From assembly GCA_963822445.1 (NCBI GenBank), contig CAWGHO010000001.1, positions 928,001 to 992,000 on the forward strand: a stretch of DNA of 64,000 nucleotides, written 5' to 3'. Origin of the DNA: an uncultured Acidobacteriota bacterium. GTDB taxonomy: Bacteria > Acidobacteriota > Thermoanaerobaculia > Gp7-AA8. This document shows, piece by piece, positions 9,591 through 19,657 of this stretch; the stretch's first letter is position 1; each line of letters begins with the position of its first letter. The translations under genes were made by a program, and so were the position numbers. The notes below the pieces were generated by a model that searched no databases, was not told the origin of the DNA, and was given only the letters and a program-made list of their open reading frames with translations.

Positions 9591-11393
9591 ATGCAACCTG
9601 GCGACTCTCTCGACGGCCGGTACACGATCATCGGCCAGCTCGGCGCGGGCGGGATGGGCGAGGTCTACAAGGCCACGCACAACTTCCTCGGCGCCACGCG
9701 CGTCATCAAGATCATCCATCCCCACATCTCCGGACGGCAGGACGCGCACGAGCGCTTCCTCCGCGAGGCGCGCATCGCGACCAAAGTCCAGCATCCCAAC
9801 GTGGCCACGCTGCACGACTTCGCGTCGCTTTCCGACGGCTCGCATTACATGGTCTGGGAGTTCATCGACGGGGAGAACCTCGCCCAGCGCCTCCGCACGC
9901 GCGGGACGCTGCCGCCGCGGCAGGCCGTGCGCATCGCCATCCAGTCCTTGCGCGGACTCGAAGCCATTCACGCCGCGGGAATCATTCATCGCGACATCAG
10001 CCCCGAAAATCTGATGATCACCGCCGACGACTCGGTCAAGATCATCGACCTCGGCGTAGCCAAGATGGACGATCCCGATGCCGTGTCGCAGACGCGCACG
10101 GGCATCTTCGTCGGCAAGCTCCGTTACGCCGCCCCCGAGCAGCTCGGTTTCCTTCCCGAGGACGAGAAAATCGACGGCCGCACCGATCTGTACGCGATGG
10201 CCATGGTCCTCGTGGAATTGCTGACGGGACGGCCGCCGTACGAGGCCAAGTCGCCGCACGAGTACTTCCTCCATCACGCTCGCGAAGTGCAGCGGACGAC
10301 GGTCTCACTGCCGCCGACGCTGCCCGGCAGCAGCGCGCTGGTCGCCGTTCTCGAAAAAGCGCTGGAGCGCGATCGCAAGGACCGTTTCGCCACCGCACGC
10401 GACTTCGCCGCGGCGCTCGAGGAAATCGAGAGGACGCTGCCCGTTGCCGTCGACACGCCGACGGTGATGACGCCGCTGGATACGCCGACGCTCGTCACGC
10501 CGCTCGACGGCGATGAAACGTTCAAGCAGCGTGCGACGAGACCGGGAACGACGTCGCAGAAGCCGATTCCTGTTGCTGCGCCGGCCACGGCGGCCGGCCT
10601 GACGCTCGCGTCGGGCGTTCCCACGATTCAGACGCCTCTGCCGGAGGCGTCCATACCGGTCGCCAGGCAGCGGTCGGGGATCAATCCGGCGTACGTCATC
10701 GGCTTCGTGGTGCTCCTGCTGATCCTCGCCGGCGGCGCGCTGGCGTACAAGATCACCTCGGCGAGGCCGACGATCGAGCCCGAACGGAAACCGGCGGCGA
10801 CTGTCGCGCAATCAAGACCGTCGCAATCGAGCATCACCGCGACACCGGATCCGATCATCACCGCGACCACCGCCACGACCGCGCCGGCGAATCAGATCGT
10901 GCCGCCTTCGCCGACACTCACCGCGACGATCGCGCCTCCCATCGTGGCGCCTCGCATCGTCAAGAACGAGCCGCGCGCGGAGGACCTGCGAAAACCCGAG
11001 CCTGAGCCGGAGCCTGCCCGCGTTCGCAGCGTGAGTGTGTACGTCGACGGCCCCGGCAGCGTCGGCGCCAACGAACGCGCGCTCGCGCGGCTGGGCCAGG
11101 AGCTCCGTGGCGTGACGAAGGTCGCGCTTCACGCAGGCGCGTTGCAGGTGCAGGTGTACCGCGCGATTCATCGCTATCTGCCGGACCTCGAGTTCGACGA
11201 AGAAAGCGACGTGGTGATCACGTTCGACAGCACGCCGCAACGGCTGAGCCTCGACAAGAACGAGATCTCCGCGCGCGTCACGATCGAAAAAGCCGGCCGG
11301 GTGATCTTCCGCTACGAGCTGCCGCGGCACTACGACCGCAGCGCGGCACCGGACGCGTTCGCACGGACGCTGGCCGAGGCTTTCGGTAACTAG
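9591..11393 (+). CDS. Hanks-type Ser/Thr protein kinase with TM helix and C-terminal extracytoplasmic region
   Basis: GAGGMGEVY, HRDISPEN, DLGVAK and YAAPEQ; TM segment YVIGFVVLLLILAGGALAY. Confidence 0.93.
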   Translation: MQPGDSLDGRYTIIGQLGAGGMGEVYKATHNFLGATRVIKIIHPHISGRQDAHERFLREARIATKVQHPNVATLHDFASLSDGSHYMVWEFIDGENLAQRLRTRGTLPPRQAVRIAIQSLRGLEAIHAAGIIHRDISPENLMITADDSVKIIDLGVAKMDDPDAVSQTRTGIFVGKLRYAAPEQLGFLPEDEKIDGRTDLYAMAMVLVELLTGRPPYEAKSPHEYFLHHAREVQRTTVSLPPTLPGSSALVAVLEKALERDRKDRFATARDFAAALEEIERTLPVAVDTPTVMTPLDTPTLVTPLDGDETFKQRATRPGTTSQKPIPVAAPATAAGLTLASGVPTIQTPLPEASIPVARQRSGINPAYVIGFVVLLLILAGGALAYKITSARPTIEPERKPAATVAQSRPSQSSITATPDPIITATTATTAPANQIVPPSPTLTATIAPPIVAPRIVKNEPRAEDLRKPEPEPEPARVRSVSVYVDGPGSVGANERALARLGQELRGVTKVALHAGALQVQVYRAIHRYLPDLEFDEESDVVITFDSTPQRLSLDKNEISARVTIEKAGRVIFRYELPRHYDRSAAPDAFARTLAEAFGN

Positions 11394-11452
11394 CGGCAAA
11401 CTTGTCGTGACGCACCTTCCCGCCGCGCGTCTCGTGGCGCACCTTGGTCCTC

Positions 11453-11935
11453 ATGAAGACGTTCGCCATCGCCCTGCTGCTGGCCACCAACCCGAACATC
11501 GACATGGAGCGCTACCTGAAGCTCTCGACCGAAGCCGCGGCGCATCGCCAGCGGCGCCGCGTCAGCGAGGCGGACTTCCTGCGCATGAGTGCGGAGCCGG
11601 GGACGGTGGTTCTCGATGCGCGAAGCCGCGCAAAATTCGAAGAGCTTCACGTCGACGGAGCGGCCAATCTCAGCTTCCCGGACTTCAACGCGACGAGCCT
11701 CGCGGCGCTCCTTCCCTCGAAGAAAACGCGCGTGCTGATCTACTGCAACAACAACTTCAGCGGAAATGAGAGCGCGTTCGCGACGAAAGCACCGCCCGCT
11801 TCCCTGAACCTCTCCACGTACATTGCGCTCTACACCTACGGATACAGAAACGTGTACGAGCTCGCGCCGCTCCTCGACGTGAAGACGACCAGGCTGAGGC
11901 TCGTCTCGCGGCAGGCGAATAACGCCGCTCCGTGA
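11453..11935 (+). CDS. Rhodanese-like domain protein
   Basis: VVLDARS...HVDGAANL...LIYCNNN. Confidence 0.8.
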   Translation: MKTFAIALLLATNPNIDMERYLKLSTEAAAHRQRRRVSEADFLRMSAEPGTVVLDARSRAKFEELHVDGAANLSFPDFNATSLAALLPSKKTRVLIYCNNNFSGNESAFATKAPPASLNLSTYIALYTYGYRNVYELAPLLDVKTTRLRLVSRQANNAAP

Positions 11936-11951
11936 GGCGTTTCAACGCGCG

Positions 11952-12338
11952 ATGGTTCTTCAGGCTCTCAAGTACGGCTGGCGTAAACGTTGCCCTCGCT
12001 GCGGCGAAGGTCCGCTCTACAGCCGCGGCCTGAAGCTGCACGATCGCTGTTCGGCCTGCCAGATGCGCCTGCAGCGGAACCACGGCGATACGTGGATGTT
12101 CATGATCATCACCGATCGCATCCCCATGCTCGGCGGCATCGCCGCGGTCTACTTCGGGTTCCAGCCCGACAACTGGCTGCTCGTGGTCGGGTTCTTCCTG
12201 GCCATGGCCGCGCCGCTGCTGGCGACGCTGCGCGAGCGCAAAGGCCTCGCGCTCGCGCTCGACTACCTGGTGCGGGTGTACATGCCGGACCCGTCCGACG
12301 AGCTGCACGGCGGGCGCGAGTACGTTCGTCAGGCTTAG
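11952..12338 (+). CDS. DUF983-like membrane protein
   Basis: RCPRCGEGPLY...CSAC followed by two TM helices and KGLALALDY. Confidence 0.75.
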   Translation: MVLQALKYGWRKRCPRCGEGPLYSRGLKLHDRCSACQMRLQRNHGDTWMFMIITDRIPMLGGIAAVYFGFQPDNWLLVVGFFLAMAAPLLATLRERKGLALALDYLVRVYMPDPSDELHGGREYVRQA

Positions 12339-12380
12339 ACACACCGGGAGGCCTCCGGACATCTGAGCCTTCCTGTCAAG

Positions 12381-13050
12381 TCAGGGAGCAGCTGTGGCGA
12401 GGGTTGAGCCTCGGGTGGCGAGCTGCCGCAGATAGAGAGCTTCGTCGTAGACGGTGCGATTGTTCCAGCAGGCGTAAAGGACGCGGATCCAGCGGTAAGC
12501 GAGCGTGCGGATAGCCTCGTGGTGGCTGTGTCCGCGCGCGCGTTGCTGCTTGTAGAAGGCTCGAGCCCATTCGGACTGACCGATCGACACGCGGGCGTAC
12601 TCATGGAACGTCTGACGCAGGAACTTCGGACAGGCCCAGCGCATGTGCACGACCGCCGTTTTGCCGCTCCGGCGGAGAACCGGGGCGATGCCGCTTCGGG
12701 TGGCGACGTTGACGGCGCTGCCGAAGCGCTTGCGATCGGTCCCGAAGGCGGCGGCGAGCCGCGGCGCGAGCTGTTGGCCGGCGCCAGGGAAGCTCGCGAA
12801 GATCGACGCGTCCTGGTGGGCGGCGAACGCCGCCGAGATCTTCTGGTCGTACGTGGCGATGCTCGTGTTGAGGGCCCGGATCTGCGCAACCTCGCTTCCG
12901 ATCAGCAGCACGGCAGCGTCAGTGGTGACCTGGTCGTCGTGGAACGCGACCTCTGAACGGATCTCGGCGAGCCTCTGGTCGATCCACGCGGCCGCGTGAT
13001 GATGACCCGCATAGAACCTCCGTATCGCGGACGGCCGAGCCCTTTGGATG
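12381..13050 (-). pseudogene. IS110 transposase, C-terminal about 220 aa
   Basis: FASFPGAGQQLAPRLAAAFGTDR...SGIAPV; truncated at the junction near 13050. Confidence 0.85.
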
Positions 13051-13407
13051 GATCGCAAGCGCTTCGGCAGCGCCGTCAACGTCGCCACCCGAAGCGGCAT
13101 CGCCCCGGTTCTCCGCCGGAGCGGCAAAACGGCGGTCGTGCACATGCGCTGGGCCTGTCCGAAGTTCCTGCGTCAGACGTTCCATGAGTACGCGCGAGTC
13201 TCGATCGGTCAGTCGGTATGGGCTCAAGCGTTTTACAAGCAGCAACGCCTGCGCGGACATAGCCACCACCAAGCCATCCGCACGCTCGCCTACCGCTGGA
13301 TCCGCGTCCTTTACGCCTGCTGGAACAACCGCACCGTCTACGACGAAGCTCTCTATCTGCGGCAGCTCGCCACGCGAGGCCCAACCCTCGCCACAGCTGC
13401 TCCCTGA
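13051..13407 (+). pseudogene. IS110 transposase, C-terminal about 118 aa (second, diverged copy)
   Basis: Same C-terminal protein with 5 aa differences by manual comparison. Confidence 0.85.
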
Positions 13408-13450
13408 CTTGACAGGAAGGCTCAGATGTCCGGAGGCCTCCCGGTGTGCT

Positions 13451-16400
13451 CTAGCTTTCGACCAGCCCGCGCAATTGCCGCAGCGTCACGGCCAACATCG
13501 CCAGATCCACGCTCGTCGCGGCGCGGAACTCGTTCATCGTCTGATCCACGCGCTCGACCAGACGCTGCCGGCTCGTCAGCCACAACTCCACAGGGTCCGC
13601 ACCTTTCGCGCCGTTCGTCTCGGTGATCACCCGTGACGCCAGCGAGCTCTGATAGGCAAACAGATCGTCGATCAGCGTCGTCAGTGCGGTCTTCTGCCAA
13701 GGCGTTTCCGCGGCGATGTTCGCGGTCGCGCTGCGCAGACGGTCCAGACTGAAACGCGCACCGACGCCGAAGTAGACCCGCGCCACTTCATCGACGCCGT
13801 GGCTCGCATCCGCGCGGGCGATGCGGATGATGTCCATCGCCGAGCTCATGATGTCCAGGCTGGCCACCCGACGCGCAAGCTCCTCGGGGATCCCATCCTC
13901 CATCAACTCCGCCTGGCGCACGCGAACGTTCGCGAGCAGGGAAGCCGGGAGAATCTGGACGAGATGATCCTGAATCGCGGCGATGCGGGGACGGAATTCG
14001 TTCACGTGCGCCGCGATGTCCAGCTTCTCGTACGGGCTGTGCAGCAGCCAGAGAATGGCCCGCTCCAGGAGGCGGGCGATGGCGATCATCATGTCGAGCT
14101 GCGCGGCCGCGGGCAGCTTCGTATCCAGCGCCTCGATCTCCGACCAGACCGTCCGCAGGTCGAACGAGTCGCGCATGATGATGAACGCGCGGGCGATGTC
14201 CGCCGGCGGCTTCGACGTCTCTTCGCACATCTGCCAGGCGAAGGTGGGGCGGACGCGGTTGATCATCGCGTTCGTCACCACCGTGGCGATGATCTCGCGG
14301 CGCAGGCGATGCCGTTCGATCGCCGCGCGGAACCGCCCCTGCAGATCGTCCGGGAAGTAGAGAACTAGATCGCTGACGAGCTGCGGATCGTCGGGAAGAT
14401 CGGATTTGAGGAGGTCCTCGAACAGGACCATCTTCGCGTACGCGAGCAGGACGGCGATCTCGGGGCGGGTCAGGCCGAGGCCCTGTGTGTGGCGGTCGGC
14501 GATGGTCTCGTCGTCCGGCAGGCCTTCGATGGCTCGATCGAGCTTCCCCTGCTTCTCGAGGCCGCGCATGAAGCGGGCGTGTGCGTCGAGCTGAGTCTCG
14601 CTGAGGGTCTGGGTGATGGAGATGGCCTGGGTCTGCTCGTAGTTGTCGCGGAGGACGAGCCGGGCGACGTCGTCGGTCATCTCGGCGAGGATGCGGTTGC
14701 GCTCTTCGATGCCCGACAGCTCCGCGCGGGCGATCGCGTCGTTGAGGGCGATCTTGATGTTGACCTCATGATCGGATGTATCGACGCCGGCCGAGTTGTC
14801 GATCGCGTCGGTGTTGATCTTGCCGCCGGTGAGCGCGAACTCGATGCGGCCACGTTGGGTGAAGCCGAGATTCGCCCCCTCGCCCACCACTTTCACGCGC
14901 AGCTCGTCACCGTTGACGCGCAACGCGTCGTTGGAGCGGTCGCGAGCGGCGGCGTGATCTTCCCAGCTCGCCTTCACGTACGTTCCGATTCCGCCGAGCC
15001 AGAGCAGATCCGCGCGGGCAATCAGAATCGCGCGCATCAACTGCAGCGGCGTGACGTTCTTCTTCGGCAGATCGAACATCTTCTGCACTTCGTCGGAGAT
15101 GGTGATCGACTTCGCACTCCGCTCGTAGATCGCGCCTCCCGGTGAAAGCAGGGCGTTGTCGTAGCCGTTCCAGTTCAGGCGGTTATCGAACATCCGCCGG
15201 CGCTCGGCGAAGCTCGTCGCCGGGTCCGGATTCGGGTCGACGAAGATGTGCGAGTAGTTGAAGGCCGCGATGAGCTTGATGTGCGGCGAGAGCAGCATCG
15301 CGTTGCCGAACACGTCCCCGGCCATGTCGCCCACGCCCACGACCGTGAAATCCTCGGACTGCGTGTCCACGCCCAGCTCGCGGAAATGTCGCTTGACCGC
15401 TTCCCATCCGCCGCGCGCGGTGATGCCCATGCCCTTGTGGTCGTAACCGGCTGATCCGCCCGATGCGAATGCGTCACCGAGCCAGAAGCCGTACTCGGCG
15501 GAGATCGAGTTCGCGAGATCGGAGAACGTCGCCGTGCCCTTGTCGGCGGCAACGACGAGATAGGGATCGTCGGGATCGCGACGGACGACGTCGCGCGGCG
15601 GCACGAGCTCATCGCCGCGCAGGTTGTCGGTGATGTCGAGCATCCCGCGGAGCAGCGTCTTGTACGACTCGATGCCTTCCTGCTGGTACGCCGCGCGGTC
15701 GGTCGATGGATTCTTGACCACGAACCCGCCCTTCGAGCCGACCGGAACGATGACCACGTTCTTGACCTGCTGGGCCTTGACCAGTCCGAGAATCTCGGTG
15801 CGGAAGTCCTCGCGGCGATCGGACCAGCGGATGCCTCCGCGCGCGACCTTGCCGAAGCGCAGATGAATGCCTTCCATCCACGGCGCGTACACGAAGATCT
15901 CGAACATCGGCCGCGGCAGCGGCAGCTCCGGTACCTGCTGCGAGTCGAGCTTGAACGACACGTACAGCTTCCGCTCGCCGTTCTCGCCGCGCTGGAAGTA
16001 ATTCGTGCGCAGCGTGGCCTCGATGAGGCTGACGTAGAGCCGAAGAATCCGGTCTTCGTCCGGATTGGTCACGTGCTCGAGCGCGTCCTCGATCTGTGAG
16101 CGGATGCCCATCGACGCGCCTTTGCGTCCCAGGCCGGTGTCGCCGATGGCCGGATCGAAGTGGTTGTAGAAGAGCGCGACGAGATTCCGCGTGATCGCCG
16201 GATGCTTGGCGAGCGTCTGCTGGATGTAAGCCTCGCTGAGCGCGACGCCGACCTGGCGGAGGTACTTCGCGTACGCGCGCAGCAGGACCACTTCGTCCCA
16301 GGCCAGTTCCGCGCCGAGGACGAGACGATTGAATCCGTCGTTCTCCGCGTGACGTGTCCAGACCCGGATGAACGCGGCCTGGAACTTTTCCTTGATCGGC

Positions 16401-18283
16401 GTGAGATCGTCCTGCATGCCCTCCGCGTCGAGGCTGAAGTCGCGGATCCGCACCGGGAAAGGAGCGCCGTGCGGCAGAACTTCGTACGGAACCTCGGCCA
16501 GCACCTTGAGGCCCATGTTCTCGAGGCGCGGCATGATCTCGGACAGCGGCACCGGCGCGCCGGCGTGAATGATCTTGCAGTGGAACTGCCGCGTGTCACT
16601 GCGATGACGATAGAGATCGACGACGAGCTCCCCCGTCGCCAGCACATGCTCGATGTGTTTGATGTCGTACAGCGCCGCTTCGGCCGTGAAGCGCTCCGCG
16701 TACGCCATCGGGAACGCTTTCATGTAGCGGTGGTGCAGGTCGATACCGACTTCCTCGCCGTGCGACTGCACGAGGGCTTCGAGCAGGCGGTCGGTCCATG
16801 TGCGCGCGACTTCGCCGAGGATTGCTTCGACGCGGCGGATGTCGACGTCGGGAATCGCGCCGGCGGTCGTGCGGACTACGAACAAGCCTCGCGCGAGCGC
16901 TGAGCCGGTGATGGTGTCGTAAATCTGTGTATCGCGGCCGTTGAATGCTTCTTCGAGCACGACCTTCGCCCGTTCTTTGAACTCGGCGGTGTATCGATCG
17001 CGCGGAACAAAGACGTAGCAGGAGACGAAACGCTCGAAGACGTCCTTGCGCGTAAACAGCGCGACGCGCTGGCGCTCCTGCAACAGGAGGATGCCGCGGG
17101 CGATGTCGAAGAGGTCTTCGTCGGTGATCTGGAAGAACTCGTCGCGGGGAAAGTTCTCGAGGATGTCGATCAGGGCCTTGCCGTTGTGCGAATGCGGCTC
17201 GAGACCGGACCGGTCGAAGACGCGCTTCGCTTTCAACCGCAGCATCGGGATCTCGCGAACGCTGCGGTTGTACGCGGCCGAGGTGAAGATGCCGAGGAAG
17301 CGATCTTCGGCGATGAGGTTGCCGTTCACGTCGTAGCGCTTCACGCCGATGCGATCCATCGGCACCGCGCGATGGACGACACTTCGGCTGTTGGCCTTGG
17401 TGATGATGATCAGATCTTTGGTGCGCGCGTAGTCGCTGAATTCTTTCGACAGCGGCTGCTTGCCGCGCTCGATCGACTCCGGACGCGTCTCGCGGAGGAT
17501 GCCCAGGCCCGTTTCAGGCTGGGCGATCAGATAGTCCTTGCCGTCGCGCGTTTCGAATCCGTAGCGGCGGTGTCCGAGGAAGACGAAATTGCCGTCGTCG
17601 AGCCATTTGAGGAACTCGCGCGCTTCGGTCACTTCCTCCGCGGGCATGGGCAGCACCGCGCCTTCGAGGTTGGCGATCTCCGCGGCGAGTGCGGCGCGCA
17701 TCGGACGCCAGTCGGTGACGGCGAGACGAACCTGCCCGAGGATGCGCTCGATCGACGTGCGGATCGACTCGAGCTCGGCGGGCTCGGTCTCCTGATCGAT
17801 CTCTATGTGCATGTACGACTCGACCACGGCATCCGCGGGAGCGTGGAGCGTGTCGGTGATCTCGACGCGGTTGCCGCTCTCATCGCGACGCGCGCGGATC
17901 AGCGGGTGCAGCAGAAGGTGGATCTTGCGCTCGCGGCGGTTGATCTCCGCGGTCACGGAGTCGACGAGGAAAGGCATGTCGTCGTTGACGATCTCGACGA
18001 CGGTGTGCTCGAGGCCCCAGCCGTTCTTTTCGATGTTCGGATTGAACAGGCGGACCTTGGCGGTGCCGGGAGTGCGCTGCGCGCCGTACTCCCAGAGCGA
18101 GAGCGCCCCGCCGATGAGCGTGTCGAAGGAGGTGTAGATGACGTCGTCGGGAGCGACGTGTGCGAAATAACGGCGGACGAAGTGCTCCGCGCTCTGCCCC
18201 TGCTCGGGGGGAACGCGCTTTCTCGCCTCGGCCGCAAGCCGGTCGACGAGATCGACCTGGCGTTGTTCTGCGGTGATGGTCAT
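13451..18283 (-). CDS. gdhB: Large NAD-specific glutamate dehydrogenase (GdhB type)
   Basis: About 1610 aa; ARGGIRWSDRREDFRTEILGLVKAQQVKN, YLVVAADKGTATFSD and GEGANLG. Confidence 0.96.
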   Translation of the reverse strand: MTITAEQRQVDLVDRLAAEARKRVPPEQGQSAEHFVRRYFAHVAPDDVIYTSFDTLIGGALSLWEYGAQRTPGTAKVRLFNPNIEKNGWGLEHTVVEIVNDDMPFLVDSVTAEINRRERKIHLLLHPLIRARRDESGNRVEITDTLHAPADAVVESYMHIEIDQETEPAELESIRTSIERILGQVRLAVTDWRPMRAALAAEIANLEGAVLPMPAEEVTEAREFLKWLDDGNFVFLGHRRYGFETRDGKDYLIAQPETGLGILRETRPESIERGKQPLSKEFSDYARTKDLIIITKANSRSVVHRAVPMDRIGVKRYDVNGNLIAEDRFLGIFTSAAYNRSVREIPMLRLKAKRVFDRSGLEPHSHNGKALIDILENFPRDEFFQITDEDLFDIARGILLLQERQRVALFTRKDVFERFVSCYVFVPRDRYTAEFKERAKVVLEEAFNGRDTQIYDTITGSALARGLFVVRTTAGAIPDVDIRRVEAILGEVARTWTDRLLEALVQSHGEEVGIDLHHRYMKAFPMAYAERFTAEAALYDIKHIEHVLATGELVVDLYRHRSDTRQFHCKIIHAGAPVPLSEIMPRLENMGLKVLAEVPYEVLPHGAPFPVRIRDFSLDAEGMQDDLTPIKEKFQAAFIRVWTRHAENDGFNRLVLGAELAWDEVVLLRAYAKYLRQVGVALSEAYIQQTLAKHPAITRNLVALFYNHFDPAIGDTGLGRKGASMGIRSQIEDALEHVTNPDEDRILRLYVSLIEATLRTNYFQRGENGERKLYVSFKLDSQQVPELPLPRPMFEIFVYAPWMEGIHLRFGKVARGGIRWSDRREDFRTEILGLVKAQQVKNVVIVPVGSKGGFVVKNPSTDRAAYQQEGIESYKTLLRGMLDITDNLRGDELVPPRDVVRRDPDDPYLVVAADKGTATFSDLANSISAEYGFWLGDAFASGGSAGYDHKGMGITARGGWEAVKRHFRELGVDTQSEDFTVVGVGDMAGDVFGNAMLLSPHIKLIAAFNYSHIFVDPNPDPATSFAERRRMFDNRLNWNGYDNALLSPGGAIYERSAKSITISDEVQKMFDLPKKNVTPLQLMRAILIARADLLWLGGIGTYVKASWEDHAAARDRSNDALRVNGDELRVKVVGEGANLGFTQRGRIEFALTGGKINTDAIDNSAGVDTSDHEVNIKIALNDAIARAELSGIEERNRILAEMTDDVARLVLRDNYEQTQAISITQTLSETQLDAHARFMRGLEKQGKLDRAIEGLPDDETIADRHTQGLGLTRPEIAVLLAYAKMVLFEDLLKSDLPDDPQLVSDLVLYFPDDLQGRFRAAIERHRLRREIIATVVTNAMINRVRPTFAWQMCEETSKPPADIARAFIIMRDSFDLRTVWSEIEALDTKLPAAAQLDMMIAIARLLERAILWLLHSPYEKLDIAAHVNEFRPRIAAIQDHLVQILPASLLANVRVRQAELMEDGIPEELARRVASLDIMSSAMDIIRIARADASHGVDEVARVYFGVGARFSLDRLRSATANIAAETPWQKTALTTLIDDLFAYQSSLASRVITETNGAKGADPVELWLTSRQRLVERVDQTMNEFRAATSVDLAMLAVTLRQLRGLVES

Positions 18284-18369
18284 GGCGGGCGATTGAATAT
18301 CACAGTCCGGAGGGTCCGGCACGCGATCGTAACCTCTGCCGGAGGGGCGCGCCGCTAGGCTTTCGGGCC

Positions 18370-18647
18370 ATGCTCCGGCCGGTGCGAACGATCCTCTGCC
18401 TCGTCCTGCTCGCGTTCCCGAATCTGGTTCTCTGCTGATCCCGGGACACGGCGCGCCGATGGCCCGCACGCAGTTCGGCGCCTACCGCCGGGCCTTCGAC
18501 GCGCTACTCGATTGCACCGCGGAATGCACGGACGGTTGGATCCGCGACGTTCGACCGTTGATGCCGGATTTCGACGCGGCCTTCACGCGGACGCTGATGG
18601 CGTATTACGTCGACGTCCTGAAACGATCGAAGCCCTGCGGCGAGTGA
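18370..18647 (+). pseudogene. Possible remnant of a secreted metallo-beta-lactamase-fold gene (signal peptide joined out of frame to C-terminal IPGHG segment)
   Basis: MLRPVRTILCLVLLAFP then LLIPGHGAPM in another frame. Confidence 0.3.
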
Positions 18648-19657
18648 CGCCGCGCCCAGAATGGGGACTCCGGCCAGCGTTTCTCGATGAGGTAGTAAGC
18701 CTGCCTGCGCGCGAGATAGGCCTGGTAATGCTGGGCGACGTCGTTTGCATACATCCGCGCGTGTTCGACGTTGCCGCCGAGCGTGCTCGCGGCGACGCGC
18801 GCGGCTTGAATGCCCGAAGCGATGGCGTAGCCGATTCCCATCGAGGAGAGCGGATCGAAGCCGACGGCGGCCTCGCCCGCCGCGACCCAGCCGTCGCCGG
18901 CGACCGGATCGAGAATCTGCGAATGCGCCGGCGCGGCAATCGGGCCATGAACGAGCTCCGCGTCGACGATGCGAAGAGGGGTCGGGCGGGTGCCGCCGAG
19001 GCGCTCGAGCCAGGCATCGCGCTCGTGCAGATGATGCGTGCGAACGACATCGGCGTCGGTCATGAACGCGACGACGGTGCGGTTCTCCGGGAGATGCGCG
19101 GAGTACCACCAGCCGTCTTCGACCGCTTCGACCAGCGTCGCCGTCTGCGTGTCATGGCCACCTTCGAACATGGCCACGAGGCCGGTGAGGTGATCGTCGA
19201 CGCTCGGGCGAGCGCCTTGGGCACGTGCGAAGGCGGCGTGGCGGCCGGTGGCGTCGATGGTGAAGCGGGCGGGCGGCGCGTTCGTCGTCGATCGCAGGAC
19301 CGTGCCGCCGCGCGCCTCCACCAACTCCGCGAGCGCGGAGTCGAATCGCGTCCGGTCGAGATGCCACGCGTCGCCGCTGCCCGCAAACAGGAAGTCGCGC
19401 GAGACCACATCCGCGCTGCCCCACGCCGCGGCAGTTGCGTACGCGCGGCGCTGGCCCTGATCAGCGAGAACGCTCTCCGCTCCCAGATAGTTGAGCAGCG
19501 GGAGCACGCCTGGTGAAACGGTTTCGCCGACCCGCCAGCCGTCATACGACGTGCGCTCGACGACGACCGGCCGCAGTTTCGAGTAGCGCAGCAGCGTCAA
19601 CGCGGCGGCGGTGCCTGCCGGCCCGCCGCCGATGATAGCTACATCGAATTCAGTCAC
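18605..19657 (-). CDS. LodB/GoxB-like flavoprotein (CTQ maturation)
   Basis: IIGGGPAG, VGET, IDATGR and FDPLSSMGI; GTG start overlaps the lodA-like stop. Confidence 0.85.
   Translation of the reverse strand: MTEFDVAIIGGGPAGTAAALTLLRYSKLRPVVVERTSYDGWRVGETVSPGVLPLLNYLGAESVLADQGQRRAYATAAAWGSADVVSRDFLFAGSGDAWHLDRTRFDSALAELVEARGGTVLRSTTNAPPARFTIDATGRHAAFARAQGARPSVDDHLTGLVAMFEGGHDTQTATLVEAVEDGWWYSAHLPENRTVVAFMTDADVVRTHHLHERDAWLERLGGTRPTPLRIVDAELVHGPIAAPAHSQILDPVAGDGWVAAGEAAVGFDPLSSMGIGYAIASGIQAARVAASTLGGNVEHARMYANDVAQHYQAYLARRQAYYLIEKRWPESPFWARRHSPQGFDRFRTST

Larger units (their letters stand above)
12340..13448. mobile_element. Head-to-head remnant of two IS110-family elements (fold-back structure)
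   Basis: 398-bp inverted arms 12340-12737 and 13051-13448; both encode the IS110 C-terminal domain (SGIAPV..SGK, ACPKFLRQTFHEYA, AIRTLAYRWIRVLY); no N-terminal DEDD domain. Confidence 0.85.

Noticed and set aside
12381-13145. 254-aa ORF appearing to be a complete protein
   Set aside because: Its first ~32 aa are the antisense of the second IS110 arm, so it is a chimera across the fold-back junction.
12340-13448. DGR-like template/variable repeat pair
   Set aside because: Differences are mostly synonymous and not adenine-specific, the repeats are inverted, and there is no reverse transcriptase in the window.
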